From an uncultured delta proteobacterium (GTDB lineage: Bacteria > Myxococcota_A > Polyangia > Polyangiales > Polyangiaceae), in contig CAWDXG010000004.1 in the NCBI GenBank assembly GCA_963806225.1, positions 1,824,001 through 1,888,000 on the forward strand: a stretch of 64,000 nucleotides of DNA. Direction: 5' to 3'. Below, in pieces: positions 52,945 through 63,534 of this stretch. Position numbers and translations under genes: made by a program. Under the pieces are notes generated by a model. That model made no database searches. It worked only from the letters and a program-made list of their open reading frames with translations, and was not told where the DNA came from. Position 1 is the first letter of the stretch. Every line of letters begins with the position of its first letter.

Positions 52945-55096
52945 TCAACGAGCGCGGGAGGGCGGCGGCCGCGCCGGCCCGGGCGCGGTGCCAGGGCGCG
53001 ACACCGCGATCGCCGCACGCCCGCCACCCGGCAGGAGCGGACAGGCCAGAAGCCGCGGCGCGTAGCGGTGCTTGCGCTGCGTGCTGTGCAGGCGGTGGTA
53101 GGCAACCTGTGCCCGCATCTGCGTCTCGAGCGTGTTGACCAGCGCCGTCGCGACCCGGAGGTTCTTGCCTACGAGATCGTGCACTTCGCCGGGATCGCTT
53201 TTCCAGGTTGAACAGGTGCACCTGGCGACCCGTTCGCTCGACGATCAGCTTCCAGGGCCAGCACACGATGCCGTCCGCGCTGCGCAGGCCCTGGATGTTC
53301 ATGAAGATCGCGGTGTGCTCCTCGGCGTGCTCGGCCGGGTTCAGGAAGCTTCGACCCTGGAACGCCGGATGCGGCGGAATGCCCGACCAGCTCCGCCATC
53401 GTCGGCAGGATGTCGAGCGTCGAGACCGGCTCGTCGACGTCCGCGGGCTTGACGCGCTCAGGCCAGTGCACGAGCAGCGGCACCCGCGACTCGCCCTCGT
53501 ACAGCGTCTTGCCGTGCGTCACCATGCCGTGGTCGAAGAACATCTCGCCGTGGTCGGCGGTGATCACCCACAGCGTGCTGTCGAGCTGACCGGTCTGCTC
53601 CAGATAGTGCGCCATGCGCCCGATCTGCATGTCCACGTAGTGGAGCGCGTTGTCGTAGCGGTTGATCGCTTTCTGACGATCCTTTCTCGGATAGCCGAGA
53701 TACGTGAACGAGCCCGGCGTCGGGTCCGACGGCTGGAACGGCGCGGGTGCGCCGGGCGGGAGCTTGTACGGGAAGTGCGACATCTGCAGGTCGACGTACA
53801 GCGACCAGTGCCCGTGCTGATGGGAGATCCACTTCTCGAGCTCGTCGACGGTCTTCTCGTCGGGCACGACGCGCTCGCTGCCGGTGTCGATGTGGTCGCC
53901 GTTGATAGTTGTCCGAATCCCAGAAGAACGTCGGCGTCGAGGTGGTCTCGAAACGCCGCATGCCCTGCCAGTCCTCGTCCTGGCTGGTGATCGTCGCCGT
54001 GGCGTATCCCATGCGGTGGAACACGTCGTGGAAGAGCACGCGCGGGTAGTCCAGTCGCTTGTACACGTCCAACCCGTATCCCCGACGCGGAAACAGCGAA
54101 GAGATGATGGCGGGCTGCGCGTAGTTCGAGTGGGTGGCGGTGGTCCAGGTCCGCCGCATCCGCAGGCTCTGCCGGGCCAGCTGGTCGAGATTGGGTGTGA
54201 CGGCTCGCGGGTAGCCGAAGTAGCCGAGGTGGTGGATCGAGATCGACTCGAGCGTGAGGAGGATCACGTTCGGGCCATCGTGCGGCGCGGCGCCGACCGC
54301 CTTGTTCCACAGGTTTCCCGCCGACAGTGGCGGCCCCTGCTCGACCCTGGGAAGGCTGCGCTGTCTCCGACTTGGTGGTCGCGACCTTCTCGACCGCGCT
54401 GTCGCCGTCGTCCAGCGTGGCCATCATCACGAGCTCCGGCGTGGTGCGCGAGATCCCCGATGCCCAGGCGTCGGGCACCGGCGCGTCGACGCGAGGGCGA
54501 TGATCGCGCCCAGCCCGCCTCCGATCACGTACAGGCTCCTCGACGCGCGCGGCCGCGCTGCATCGAGCCGGAACGCCCGGAACATGTACACGCCGGCCAG
54601 GACGCCTGAAAGCAACGACGCGCCGAACCAGCTCGCGGTGTATCCGGGGTAGCCGACGAGCGCCGCGTGCACGAAGTGATGCCAGCTGTTCAGGCAGAAC
54701 TCCACGGCGCCCAGCGTCACGTACGAGCCCGACAGGAAGCGCACGACCACGGCCAGCATGTGTGCCGCGAACAGCGCGCCCGTGAGCGCGCCCGTGAGGA
54801 CGACTGCAACCCAGCGCACCGGCCTTCCAGCGCAGCGCTGCCGCGCAGACGACGCTGGCCAGGAGCAGGACGAGACCGTAGCCGGCGGCCGTCAGCAGCA
54901 GGCCCGCCACGCGCTCGGCAAAGCGCGGCGTGGGCCCCCCATCGATCGGCGCACTACCGAACAGCGGCACCACGACCTGATCGAGCAGCCCCAGACAGAG
55001 CCCGAGCACAATCCCCAGGCGCACGCTTCGCGTGCACCAGTTGACGACCCGATCGGGAACGAGGCTGGGCTGGCTGGCCCTGGGAGCGGACGCCAT
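52945..55096 (-). CDS. Membrane-anchored sulfatase/LTA-synthase-family protein (multiple frameshifts)
   Basis: N-terminal TMs; PNVILLTLES, TPNLD, SHFPY, YDNALHYVD, TADHGE, HG, RVPL motifs in successive frames. Confidence 0.8.
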
Positions 55097-55234
55097 TTTG
55101 GACGGTGCGATCATCGAAAAGTAGCGCACTGGAACCGCTCGCAAGAAAAATTCGTCGCCTGGCGCTTCCGGTGAGCGGCCGGCACTGCGCCGAGCCGACA
55201 TACGTGGCAGTATCCCGGCCGGGCGGCCCAGGCG

Positions 55235-56288
55235 ATGAAAGAAATTGGAGTCATTCTCAACCCCAACTCGCGGAAGAACCGCCGCATCGACCCAGATCGC
55301 GCGGAGAAGCTCCAGCGCATCGTGGGGGCTCGGGGGATGGTGCGCGAGACGCGGCAGCTCGACGAGCTGCCGCGGACGCTGGGCGACATGCTGGGCAGGG
55401 AGCAGCTCGGCTATCTGGTCGCCGACGGCGGCGATGGCTCGCTGCACTGGGTCATGAACGAGTCGCGCCAGCGTGCTCGCGGGCTCGGGACGCGACCCCG
55501 ACTCGCTGCCGCCGCTCGTTCCCACCAACGGCGGGACGATCGATTTCGTAGCGCGCAAGATGGGGATCAAGGGCAGCTCCGAGCAGATCCTGCTGCGCCT
55601 CACCCGGGAGCTGGATGCCGGGCGCATCCCGCCCCTGGCCGAGCTCGACACGCTGGAGCTCAGCGGCATCCACCGCGACGCGGACGGCACGCTCAGCCCC
55701 TTCAAACGCCTCGGTTTCGCACTGGCAGCCGGAGGCATCGGCCAGCGCTTCTTCGACAAGTACTACCAGGAGCAGGAGCTCGGCGCGGGGGCGATCCTGC
55801 GGGTCGTTGGCCGCGCCGTGGGCTCGCACCTGGCAGGGCGCGCCCACTTGCCGCTGCCCGACGGGATGCTCCGCTATGGACGCGAGGTGTTCCGCCCGAC
55901 ACCCGCGCGCGTCGTCATCGACGGCCGCGAGCTGGAAGGCCGGGAGCACGGCGCCATCCACGCCGGCGCATTCGATATCACTCTCGCCGGCGTGTTCCGC
56001 GTCTTTCCGCTGGCCAGCGAGCCTGGCGCGCTCCACTTCCAGGCGGGCGGCATCGTGCCCTCCGAGATGATCCGCGCGCTGCCCGACCTGTACCGCGGAC
56101 GCGCCATCAAGAGCCGTCATCTGACGGAAGTCTGCGGCCAGGAAATGCACATCGAATCGCTGGACGGGGAGCTGCTCGGGCCCGTGATCGACGGCGAGCT
56201 GTTCGACGGCATCGTGGAGCTGACGGTGCGTCGTGGCCCCCCGATCCGGGTTCCGCGATTGTTTTCGGCGTATCCCGGCCGTTCGTAG
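55235..56288 (+). CDS. Diacylglycerol/sphingosine kinase family protein (frameshift near 55470)
   Basis: VILNPNS, GGDGSL, PTNGGTIDFVA, VIDGE. Confidence 0.75.
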
Positions 56289-56536
56289 GCCCCGTCGCAA
56301 GCGCGCGCGGACGCCGCTCCAGCCGGCGAGATACCCCGCTGCACGCCCGGCCGGCCAGTCGCTTGACCAGAACCACAGATTGAAGCGGACGGATGCCTCT
56401 AGTATCAGATTGCACTGGTCCGCCGCTCGCGATCGCGAGAGGTTGGTCGACGAATCCGGAAGCTTGTAGATGGGACGGGGGCGCGAGGACTGCCCGCGTC
56501 GACACAGCTGGGTGGGCCCTGAAGGCGAGGACGAGG

Positions 56537-58039
56537 ATGCTCAAACGATCAATTGCTCTGGGTGCTGCGCTTGCGGCTATGGCTGCTCCAGCCCGCGGCC
56601 TGGCCCAGGACGCCGCGCAGCCGGCTTCGGGCTCGAGCTCGGGCTCGTTGTCGATGTCCACCGGCGCGGGAGCCGACGCCGGGGGTTCCGGAAGCTGGAT
56701 GAAGCAGTACAGGCCGGCGCCGAACCTGGTGGAGCTGGGCGTCTTCGCCGGCGTGCTCTTCCCGTCGAAGAGCCACAACATGATGGACCAGAAGCTCCAG
56801 CACCTGCCCTTCGATAGCGTGGCGCCCGACCTCGGCATCCGGGCGGCGTACTTCCCACTCAGCTTCCTGGGCGCCGAGGTCGAAGGCGCGCTGATGCCGA
56901 CCCACACCAGCGACAACGCCAGCGCACTTCTGTGGGCGGTACGCGCACACGGCATCGCACAGCTACCCATGTATCGCGTCACGCCGTTCGTGTTGGTCGG
57001 CGGCGGCCGCATGGGCGTCAAGAGCAGCTCGATCGGCAACGACGGCGACCCGCTGTTCGAGTTCGGCGCGGGCGTGAAGGGGGCACTCGGCAAGATGGCC
57101 AGTCTGAGGCTGGATGTGCGGGACAACCTCACGCAAAAGCACAACGCGAGCGACGGAACGCTGACGCACCATCCCTCCGTGCTGCTGGGTGTGAGCCTGG
57201 TTCTGGGGCGCAAGACCAAGGCGGCCCCGCCGCCGCCTGCGCCACCGCCGCCGCCCGGCGACATGGACAACGACGGTTTCACCGACGACAAGGACAAGTG
57301 CCCGACGCAGCCGGGCATCGCGCCGGACGGCTGCCCACCGGGCGACATGGACAACGACGGTTTCACCGACGACAAGGACAAGTGTCCGGACATCCCGGGC
57401 ATTGCGCCGAACGGCTGCCCGCCGGGCGACCGCGACAAGGACGGCTTCAAGGACGACCAGGACAAGTGCCCCGACGAGGCCGGAGTCGCGCCGGACGGGT
57501 GTCCGGTCCGGGACAAGGACCACGACGGCATCCCCGACGACAAGGACAAGTGTCCGGACAAGCCGGAGACGATGAACGGCTACCAGGACAGCGACGGCTG
57601 CCCCGACGAGCTACCGAAGGCCGTGAAGAAGTTCACCGGCGTCATCAAGGGCATCACCTTCGCATTCGGCAAGGCCACGATCCGCCCCCAGAGCCGGCCG
57701 GTTCTGAACGGCGCGGCGAAGGTGCTCAAGGACTACCCGGAGCTGCGCGTGCGCATCACGGGCCACACCGACAACATCGGCAAGCACGACGACAACGTCG
57801 AGCTTTCCGGGAAGCGCGCCGAGTCGGTCAAGGCCTACCTCGTCGAGCATGGCGTCGCCGCCGATCGGATCGAGACCCAGGGCATGGGCCCGGACGAGCC
57901 GATCGCCAAGAACAACACGCCGGGAGGCCGCGCGAAGAACCGCCGCATCGAATTCCACTTGATCCACAAGGCCGCCCCGGAAGGCGCCGGAACAGCGCCG
58001 GCCGCGGACAAGAAAGCGGCGGACAAGAAGGCGCCCTAG
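56537..58039 (+). CDS. OmpA family protein with beta-barrel and thrombospondin type-3 repeats
   Basis: Signal peptide; D.DGF.DDKDKCP repeats; ITGHTDNIG, LS.KRAESV, NRRIEF. Confidence 0.92.
   Translation: MLKRSIALGAALAAMAAPARGLAQDAAQPASGSSSGSLSMSTGAGADAGGSGSWMKQYRPAPNLVELGVFAGVLFPSKSHNMMDQKLQHLPFDSVAPDLGIRAAYFPLSFLGAEVEGALMPTHTSDNASALLWAVRAHGIAQLPMYRVTPFVLVGGGRMGVKSSSIGNDGDPLFEFGAGVKGALGKMASLRLDVRDNLTQKHNASDGTLTHHPSVLLGVSLVLGRKTKAAPPPPAPPPPPGDMDNDGFTDDKDKCPTQPGIAPDGCPPGDMDNDGFTDDKDKCPDIPGIAPNGCPPGDRDKDGFKDDQDKCPDEAGVAPDGCPVRDKDHDGIPDDKDKCPDKPETMNGYQDSDGCPDELPKAVKKFTGVIKGITFAFGKATIRPQSRPVLNGAAKVLKDYPELRVRITGHTDNIGKHDDNVELSGKRAESVKAYLVEHGVAADRIETQGMGPDEPIAKNNTPGGRAKNRRIEFHLIHKAAPEGAGTAPAADKKAADKKAP
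57255..57606. repeat. About 84-bp TSP3-coding repeats
   Basis: GGCGACATGGACAACGACGGTTTCACCGACGACAAGGACAAGTG occurs twice, followed by diverged copies. Confidence 0.8.
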
Positions 58040-58104
58040 CCCCGGCGAAAACCGTCCACGAAGCGCCGGTCTACCCCCCCTGGCTGATGGCGCGACGCCG
58101 CCAG

Positions 58105-58566
58105 CTACACTTGATCGAGCGGCCGCGGGTGGGTTTCCGGGTTCAGCAGGATCTCGATCACGTCGGGCGGCAGAGCGCGCGGGCGATGATCGTTGTCCAC
58201 GCAGGCCAGCTCGGTCGAACCGTCTGCGACGAGCTCCTCCCCGACCCCGTCCACGGATCGGAGCACCTGGTAGTCGAAGCGCAGCCGCACACGCCGCAGC
58301 CGGGCAAGGCGCGCTTCCACGATCAGCACGTCGTCGAAACGTGCGGTCCGCTTGTAGCCGAGCTGCGCATTGATCACCGGCAGATGCACTCCACGCTCGG
58401 TCCACGACAGGTAGTCCACTCCGCGGCGGTGCATGTATTCCACGCGGCCCGCCTCGAAATACGAGAGGTAGCTCGCGTGATGCACGATCCCCATCAGGTC
58501 CGTTTCGCAGAAGCGGACACGGACCGCGTAGCGGGAAAGACAATGGTCGGGAGGGTCCGGCGTCAC
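58105..58566 (-). CDS. YbgC/FadM-family acyl-CoA thioesterase
   Basis: VRVRFCETDLMGIVHHASYLSYFEAGR hotdog motif; start approximate. Confidence 0.88.
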   Translation of the reverse strand: MTPDPPDHCLSRYAVRVRFCETDLMGIVHHASYLSYFEAGRVEYMHRRGVDYLSWTERGVHLPVINAQLGYKRTARFDDVLIVEARLARLRRVRLRFDYQVLRSVDGVGEELVADGSTELACVDNDHRPRALPPDVIEILLNPETHPRPLDQV

Positions 58567-58676
58567 CAAGGCGCGCGAGCATAGCCAGCCGCCGGCGACC
58601 TGGGAAACCCCTTCGTTGTCGCCCTGGGATGCGGCCGGCAGGCAGCTGGCGCTTGCCAGGTCGCCCGGGAAGGCGC

Positions 58677-59189
58677 ATGAAAACGCCGATGACCGCCGAG
58701 AACACGCCGGCACCCGCCGGTACGGAAGACTACAATGTGGTGGTGGGGGTCGACTATTCGGAGCAGTCGGAACAGGGCCTGTACGCAGGTCTGGACACCC
58801 TCGTCCGGCGCCCCGAAGCGAAGCTCCACGTGATCGCCGTCGCGGAAGGCGACGGGCCGCGCCTGCCCGACAAGCTGACGGCAGACACCAAGCAACAATT
58901 TCTGGACGAGGCGGCCCGCACGCTCGAGAGCTACCTGGGACAGCGGCTCGACGGCATGGCGCGCGCGGGAGCCCCGATCGACCGTGACCGGGTTTTCGAA
59001 TCCGTCGATTTCGGGAAACCGGCCGAACGCATCCTGTCACTCGCCCGGGAGGTCCACGCGGATCTCGTCATCGTGGGGACGCACGGGCTGAGCGGCGTCG
59101 AGCATCTGGTGCTCGGCTCGGTCGCCGAGACCGTGCTCAGGAACGCGCACTGCCCCGTGCTCGTGATGCGGCCCAAGCGGCACCGCTAG
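58677..59189 (+). CDS. Universal stress protein
   Basis: VVVGVDYSEQS, GKPAERI, ADLVIVGTHG..G...LGSVAE.V.R.A.CPVLV. Confidence 0.92.
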   Translation: MKTPMTAENTPAPAGTEDYNVVVGVDYSEQSEQGLYAGLDTLVRRPEAKLHVIAVAEGDGPRLPDKLTADTKQQFLDEAARTLESYLGQRLDGMARAGAPIDRDRVFESVDFGKPAERILSLAREVHADLVIVGTHGLSGVEHLVLGSVAETVLRNAHCPVLVMRPKRHR

Positions 59190-60928
59190 GCTCGGGCTTC
59201 GGACGTTCGCGGCACGATCGTGAAGTGTGCGCGCTCACGCTCGGCGGCAATGGCGTCCGGGTCGGGGCGGCGATCGTCGAACCAGTGCACCATTTCGGTC
59301 GCCTCCCAGGTGTAGGGCTCTCCATTCAGGCGCACGCGGCCCTCCGATGCCGCCAGCGTGACTTCCAGCAGCGGTACATCGCGGAAGTCGCGCTGCATCG
59401 CTTCGAAACGGCCCTGCCGCACTGGGTCCTGGAAGCTGCCGTCGTGCCGCGCGGCGTAGGCCGTATGGTACCAGGCCGGACGGAACGCGAGGCCTGCGAG
59501 CCCCAATCGCGTTGCTGTCTGTCCCAGCATCTCGCCGGCTTCGCGCGACAGCCCGAGCCCGGGCTCTTCCTGGCCGGGCAGCCGCGGCCGCTTTTCGCTG
59601 AAGCGCCCCCGGGGATGGCGCAAGGTCAGCCAGTGCACGTACAGCACATCGGCGTCGTCGATGCGCCGCTTCTCCAGCACACACTCGATGAGCAGCTGCT
59701 GCTCGTCTTCAGGACCGGCGAAAAGGCGCACGCGATCGCCGCGACCGTCGCGATCGATGACGATACGGAACTGCCCGTAGCCGAGACGCCTGAGGTGAGC
59801 GAGCAGCCCGTAGCGCGAGAAGGCGTACTCCAGCCCCTCTGCTGTGTAGTAGTCGAGGAAGCGATTCAGGTTCGCTCCCCCCTGCCCCAGTGCGGACATC
59901 AGATCCTCGCTGGTGATCGCCAGGTCGCCTTCAAGCTGCTCGGCGTGCATCTCCCGCGCGATCGCCGAGAAGCGCGCGCGCAGCGAGTCGTAGTCCGCGG
60001 GAATGGGCGCGAGCGAGCGGACGCTGAGCACCATGCCGGTGCCGGCCAGGACTTTCCAGGCGTTGCGCGTGTAGCCGCCACCCGGCAGCCACACGCTCGG
60101 GACGCGCTCGAGCGCCTGGCACACCCTGAGGTCGCGCAGCCGTGCGCCTTCCAGCCGGAGCGCGAACGCGCCGAAGCGGTCACCCGCCAGCACGTCGCCA
60201 CCCGCGATGACGAAGGCCAATCCAGCGGGTGGCATGCGGCGGAGCAACGCCTCGAGCGCCGCGAGATAGCTGCCGTCGTCACAGCCTGGGGGCAGCACCG
60301 TCTCGTCGACGCCTTCCAGCGTGCCCCAGTCCGTGCCCGAAAGCGATCCGATCCAGACCCCGGGGTCGCCGTGGAAACACTCGGCCGTCCCGTCGGGTGG
60401 GTGTGCATCGAGATCGAGCACCACGACCCGCTGCCGGAATCCTTCCGCGCGCATCACGGCTGTCGCCACGGCAATGTCGTTGACCGCACAGAATCCCCCG
60501 GGACGCGACGGTCCGGCGTGGTGGAAGCCCCCGAGCAGGTTCAGCGCCGGGCGGCGCCCCGCGAGCGCCGCACGCGCCGCATCGAGCGTGCCGCCGCAGG
60601 CGATGCGGAGCATGTGCAACAGCTCGTCCACAGGCACGTCCGAGGGATCGACGGCGAAGATGTTGCCCAGAGTCGTCGCGTGCGTCAGCGACTCGAGCAA
60701 CTCCGGGGTGTGGACGCGCTCCAGATCCCGGTAGCGGATTCGGTGCGGCGTGCGAAGGTTCTTCGGGCGCAGGAAGCCCGCGTCCACCAGGTACGAGATC
60801 GCCAGATCCGCGCGCCGGGGTTCCATTCCGGTCTGCCCCTCCACGGACGCCAGCGGGAGGCGATACGCCGGGTCGTACCAGACCGGGATGCCCTGGCCCT
60901 GCAGCCACCAGCGCAGCTGGTTTTTCAT
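59186..60928 (-). CDS. Histone deacetylase family protein with extra C-terminal domain
   Basis: GGFHHA, GGFCAVND, DLDAHPPDG, AGGDVL.GD, PGGGY. Confidence 0.88.
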   Translation of the reverse strand: MKNQLRWWLQGQGIPVWYDPAYRLPLASVEGQTGMEPRRADLAISYLVDAGFLRPKNLRTPHRIRYRDLERVHTPELLESLTHATTLGNIFAVDPSDVPVDELLHMLRIACGGTLDAARAALAGRRPALNLLGGFHHAGPSRPGGFCAVNDIAVATAVMRAEGFRQRVVVLDLDAHPPDGTAECFHGDPGVWIGSLSGTDWGTLEGVDETVLPPGCDDGSYLAALEALLRRMPPAGLAFVIAGGDVLAGDRFGAFALRLEGARLRDLRVCQALERVPSVWLPGGGYTRNAWKVLAGTGMVLSVRSLAPIPADYDSLRARFSAIAREMHAEQLEGDLAITSEDLMSALGQGGANLNRFLDYYTAEGLEYAFSRYGLLAHLRRLGYGQFRIVIDRDGRGDRVRLFAGPEDEQQLLIECVLEKRRIDDADVLYVHWLTLRHPRGRFSEKRPRLPGQEEPGLGLSREAGEMLGQTATRLGLAGLAFRPAWYHTAYAARHDGSFQDPVRQGRFEAMQRDFRDVPLLEVTLAASEGRVRLNGEPYTWEATEMVHWFDDRRPDPDAIAAERERAHFTIVPRTSEARA

Positions 60929-60975
60929 GCGAGCGAGCAAGCGTGGATCTCCCGACGAGCGCGAGCGTCGGCTCG

Positions 60976-61443
60976 CTAGTCGCCCGCGCGGGTGGCCGGT
61001 GGAACCGTGATCACAGGAACCGGCGACAGACGCACGAGCTTCTCCGCAACACTGCCGAGGAGCAGATGGCGCACTCCCCTGCGCCCGTGCGTTCCCATGA
61101 CGACGAGATCCGACTTGTGATGTTCGATGGCTGCAAGGATCGCCGATGCCGGCTCGCCGGATTCGAGATGGTGCGTCACTGTCACTCCCTCCGGCAGCTT
61201 CGCCGCCCCGAGGAAGTCGTCCATCTCGCGCTCGGCATTGCCCCGGATCAGATCGGCCAACGACTTTGCTGGCTCGCCGGCCTGGGAAACGAGCATGGTC
61301 TCGGGGACGTAGTTCGGCTTGTCCCACACGTGGATCACGTCGAGCGCGGCGCCGAAGCCCTTGGCCAGCGCCGCCGCGTACTCGAGCGTGACCCGGGCAT
61401 GCTCGGAGTAGTCGACGGGAACGATGATGCGCGTGATGTTCAT
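60976..61443 (-). CDS. Universal stress protein
   Basis: IIVPVDYSEHA, GEPASAI, DLVVMGTHGRRG...LGSVAEKLVR.SPVPV. Confidence 0.93.
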   Translation of the reverse strand: MNITRIIVPVDYSEHARVTLEYAAALAKGFGAALDVIHVWDKPNYVPETMLVSQAGEPAKSLADLIRGNAEREMDDFLGAAKLPEGVTVTHHLESGEPASAILAAIEHHKSDLVVMGTHGRRGVRHLLLGSVAEKLVRLSPVPVITVPPATRAGD

Positions 61444-61514
61444 GAGCCTCTCCTTGACCGTCCGCGCGGGGGCGGCAGACCTGTGCGGGACCCCGTTCTA
61501 GCAGCGGATGAGGT

Positions 61515-61529
61515 GCAAGGGGCGGGCCG
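61515..61529 (-). promoter_or_regulatory. sigma54 -24/-12 motif upstream of the USP-HDAC genes
   Basis: Minus strand CGGCCCGCCCCTTGC (GG-N10-GC). Confidence 0.5.
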
Positions 61530-61635
61530 AACCACAGCGATGGACACCGCGCCCCCGCTACGCAGCCATTTCGCCGGATTGGTGCGGTGCCGGCAACGGC
61601 TGCGGCCCCGTAGGCGGAAGGCCGGGCCCCTCGAC

Positions 61636-63468
61636 TCAGCGGTACGGGCCACGGCCTCTGCCGATCTCCTCGAGCAGGCGTTCCAGCATCTGCAATCCGC
61701 CCAGCGCGGACAACGGCTCGCCGAGCGGCGCCGGGCGGGCCAGTGTCAAGGACTCCGGGGAAACCGAGACGGCGAGAGCGTCCCCGTCCAGCTCCTCGAG
61801 CACGCGGCGCACTCCGCGCGGCAGCTCCGCGGGCAGCTGCCCCGGCGAAAGCGGCTGTTCCGACCAGCCCAGCGCCTCCACTCCGGAGAGCCCACTCCGC
61901 GGCCTGAGCTCCACCAGCGTCCTCTGCGCGGTACCGTCCGCGCTCCACTCCGTCGCGACGCGCGCCCGATGCACGCCGAAACGACCGCTGACGATCATCC
62001 GGGCCCGCTCCAGCGTTCCGTCCAGCTCCTGGGCGAGCGCCTCCCAATCGCCTAGCTGTGCGTGCATCGAAGTGGGGGGCGGAATAGCGGCGCGCGCCGC
62101 GGGCAGAGCCCGCGAAAGCGTGGTCAGAAGCTCGATCAGCGCTTCCAGCGGACGCCGCGAGAGGCCCGCGTTCTTGAGCTCCGCAACAAAGTGCTCGTCG
62201 TCGATGTCGGCAAGGCGCGCCGCCCCGGGATCCATCTGCCAGAGCCCGAGCGCTTCGGTGAAGGCCTCTACCTGCGCCGGGTCGCGGCCAACGAGGTAGT
62301 GCTGCTTTTCGAACACCGCGCTGCCCTGCACCGGCGACGCGGTCATGAAACGGCGGAACCCGCGACGCGAGCCACCGTCCAGCCCCAGCCCCAGCGACTC
62401 GTAGCCCACCTCGCCTACCAGATACAGGCCCTGCCGCCCGCGATGCTCGCGCCAGATGCGCAGCGACGCGGCGTGCACCCGCTGGACCAGCTCGTCGTCT
62501 TGCAGCCGCCAGCCGGTGCGCTCGGCGACCGAGCTCCACAACGCATGCATCCGCGCCGAGCCCACGCTCGGCGCGGCGCGCCGCCGCGTCGTGTGGCTCC
62601 TGTCGCTATCGCGCCGCTCGGTCGGAAGGACGGACAGGGCGACAGACGCTACGAGATCCCGCGCCAACAAGCGCTTGGCCCGCACCTCCAGCGCCCAGTC
62701 CAGCCTCCACAGCTCGGCCCACGTCGTCGGAGTCACTTCGGGGAGCCGCATCGAAAACGGGATCGACGCGCCTTCCTGCGCGTCGTCCACGGCCAGATCC
62801 AGCGTGTAGCGGGCGACCCCGAACGTGTGCCGGAAGCGACCGATCGTGACCCACTCCGTACCTACCAGCGATACGGCTAGACCCGTGTAGCGGCTCTGTT
62901 CCACGTTCCCGAGCGCCACGGCGCCGTTCAGCACGGACCCCGACGCGACATTGCGGTCGGCCAGACTGAGCTCGAGGAAGGGCTCGTTGCCATCGGGACC
63001 GTTCGGCGCGGTCGAGCTGAGCACGGGCTCGGGGGGTCCGGGCGGCTGGGGCCGGGGCTCGATCCGCGCGACGAAGCTGGCGCGCGCATCGGGCCACCAG
63101 GCGATCACCGCGTGCACCTGGATCTCGTAGACCGCTCCGCTGCTGCGACCGCGATAGGACGGCGGGAGTTCCTCCGGCAGCGAGAAATGACACGAGAGCT
63201 CGGTACGCCCCATGGCGAGCGTGCGCGGACCAGCCAGGCGCGCGCCCAGCGACAGCAGCGTCTTCGTCATCGCCTGTGCGACCGGCACGGAACCCACCAT
63301 GCCGGTCGTGGCGTAGCCCCACTCCTTGCCCTGGAAGTGGATGTCGAGCGACTCGATCGCCACTTCGTGACGCGCATCCAGCACCACGACCGCCTTCACC
63401 TCCTGCCCCGGGTAGAGCACCGGGGGCAGAAGCAGTCCGATCCGGGGGCGGTGTTTGATGAGCGACAT
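61636..63468 (-). CDS. Arrestin/SpoOM-like beta-sandwich protein with C-terminal extension
   Basis: LYPG..V...V, I.FQG.E, G..E....F.LP..LPPSY.G....V.Y.I.V, then a second similar domain (F.MRLP...PT...W.LEV). Confidence 0.6.
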   Translation of the reverse strand: MSLIKHRPRIGLLLPPVLYPGQEVKAVVVLDARHEVAIESLDIHFQGKEWGYATTGMVGSVPVAQAMTKTLLSLGARLAGPRTLAMGRTELSCHFSLPEELPPSYRGRSSGAVYEIQVHAVIAWWPDARASFVARIEPRPQPPGPPEPVLSSTAPNGPDGNEPFLELSLADRNVASGSVLNGAVALGNVEQSRYTGLAVSLVGTEWVTIGRFRHTFGVARYTLDLAVDDAQEGASIPFSMRLPEVTPTTWAELWRLDWALEVRAKRLLARDLVASVALSVLPTERRDSDRSHTTRRRAAPSVGSARMHALWSSVAERTGWRLQDDELVQRVHAASLRIWREHRGRQGLYLVGEVGYESLGLGLDGGSRRGFRRFMTASPVQGSAVFEKQHYLVGRDPAQVEAFTEALGLWQMDPGAARLADIDDEHFVAELKNAGLSRRPLEALIELLTTLSRALPAARAAIPPPTSMHAQLGDWEALAQELDGTLERARMIVSGRFGVHRARVATEWSADGTAQRTLVELRPRSGLSGVEALGWSEQPLSPGQLPAELPRGVRRVLEELDGDALAVSVSPESLTLARPAPLGEPLSALGGLQMLERLLEEIGRGRGPYR

Positions 63469-63534
63469 CGAGGTTCGAGCGAGCGTACGACGTTCGTTTC
63501 GCGACCGGACTGGGTTTGCTACGCTCCCGCCACT

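Noticed and set aside
57255..57606. Direct repeats with variable intervening sequence resembling repeat-spacer units
   Set aside because: They encode thrombospondin type-3 repeats within the OmpA ORF.
59186..62539. 1117-aa ORF as a giant HDAC fusion
   Set aside because: The N-terminal half is an off-frame read through the USP and arrestin-like genes; the real protein starts at ATG 60928.
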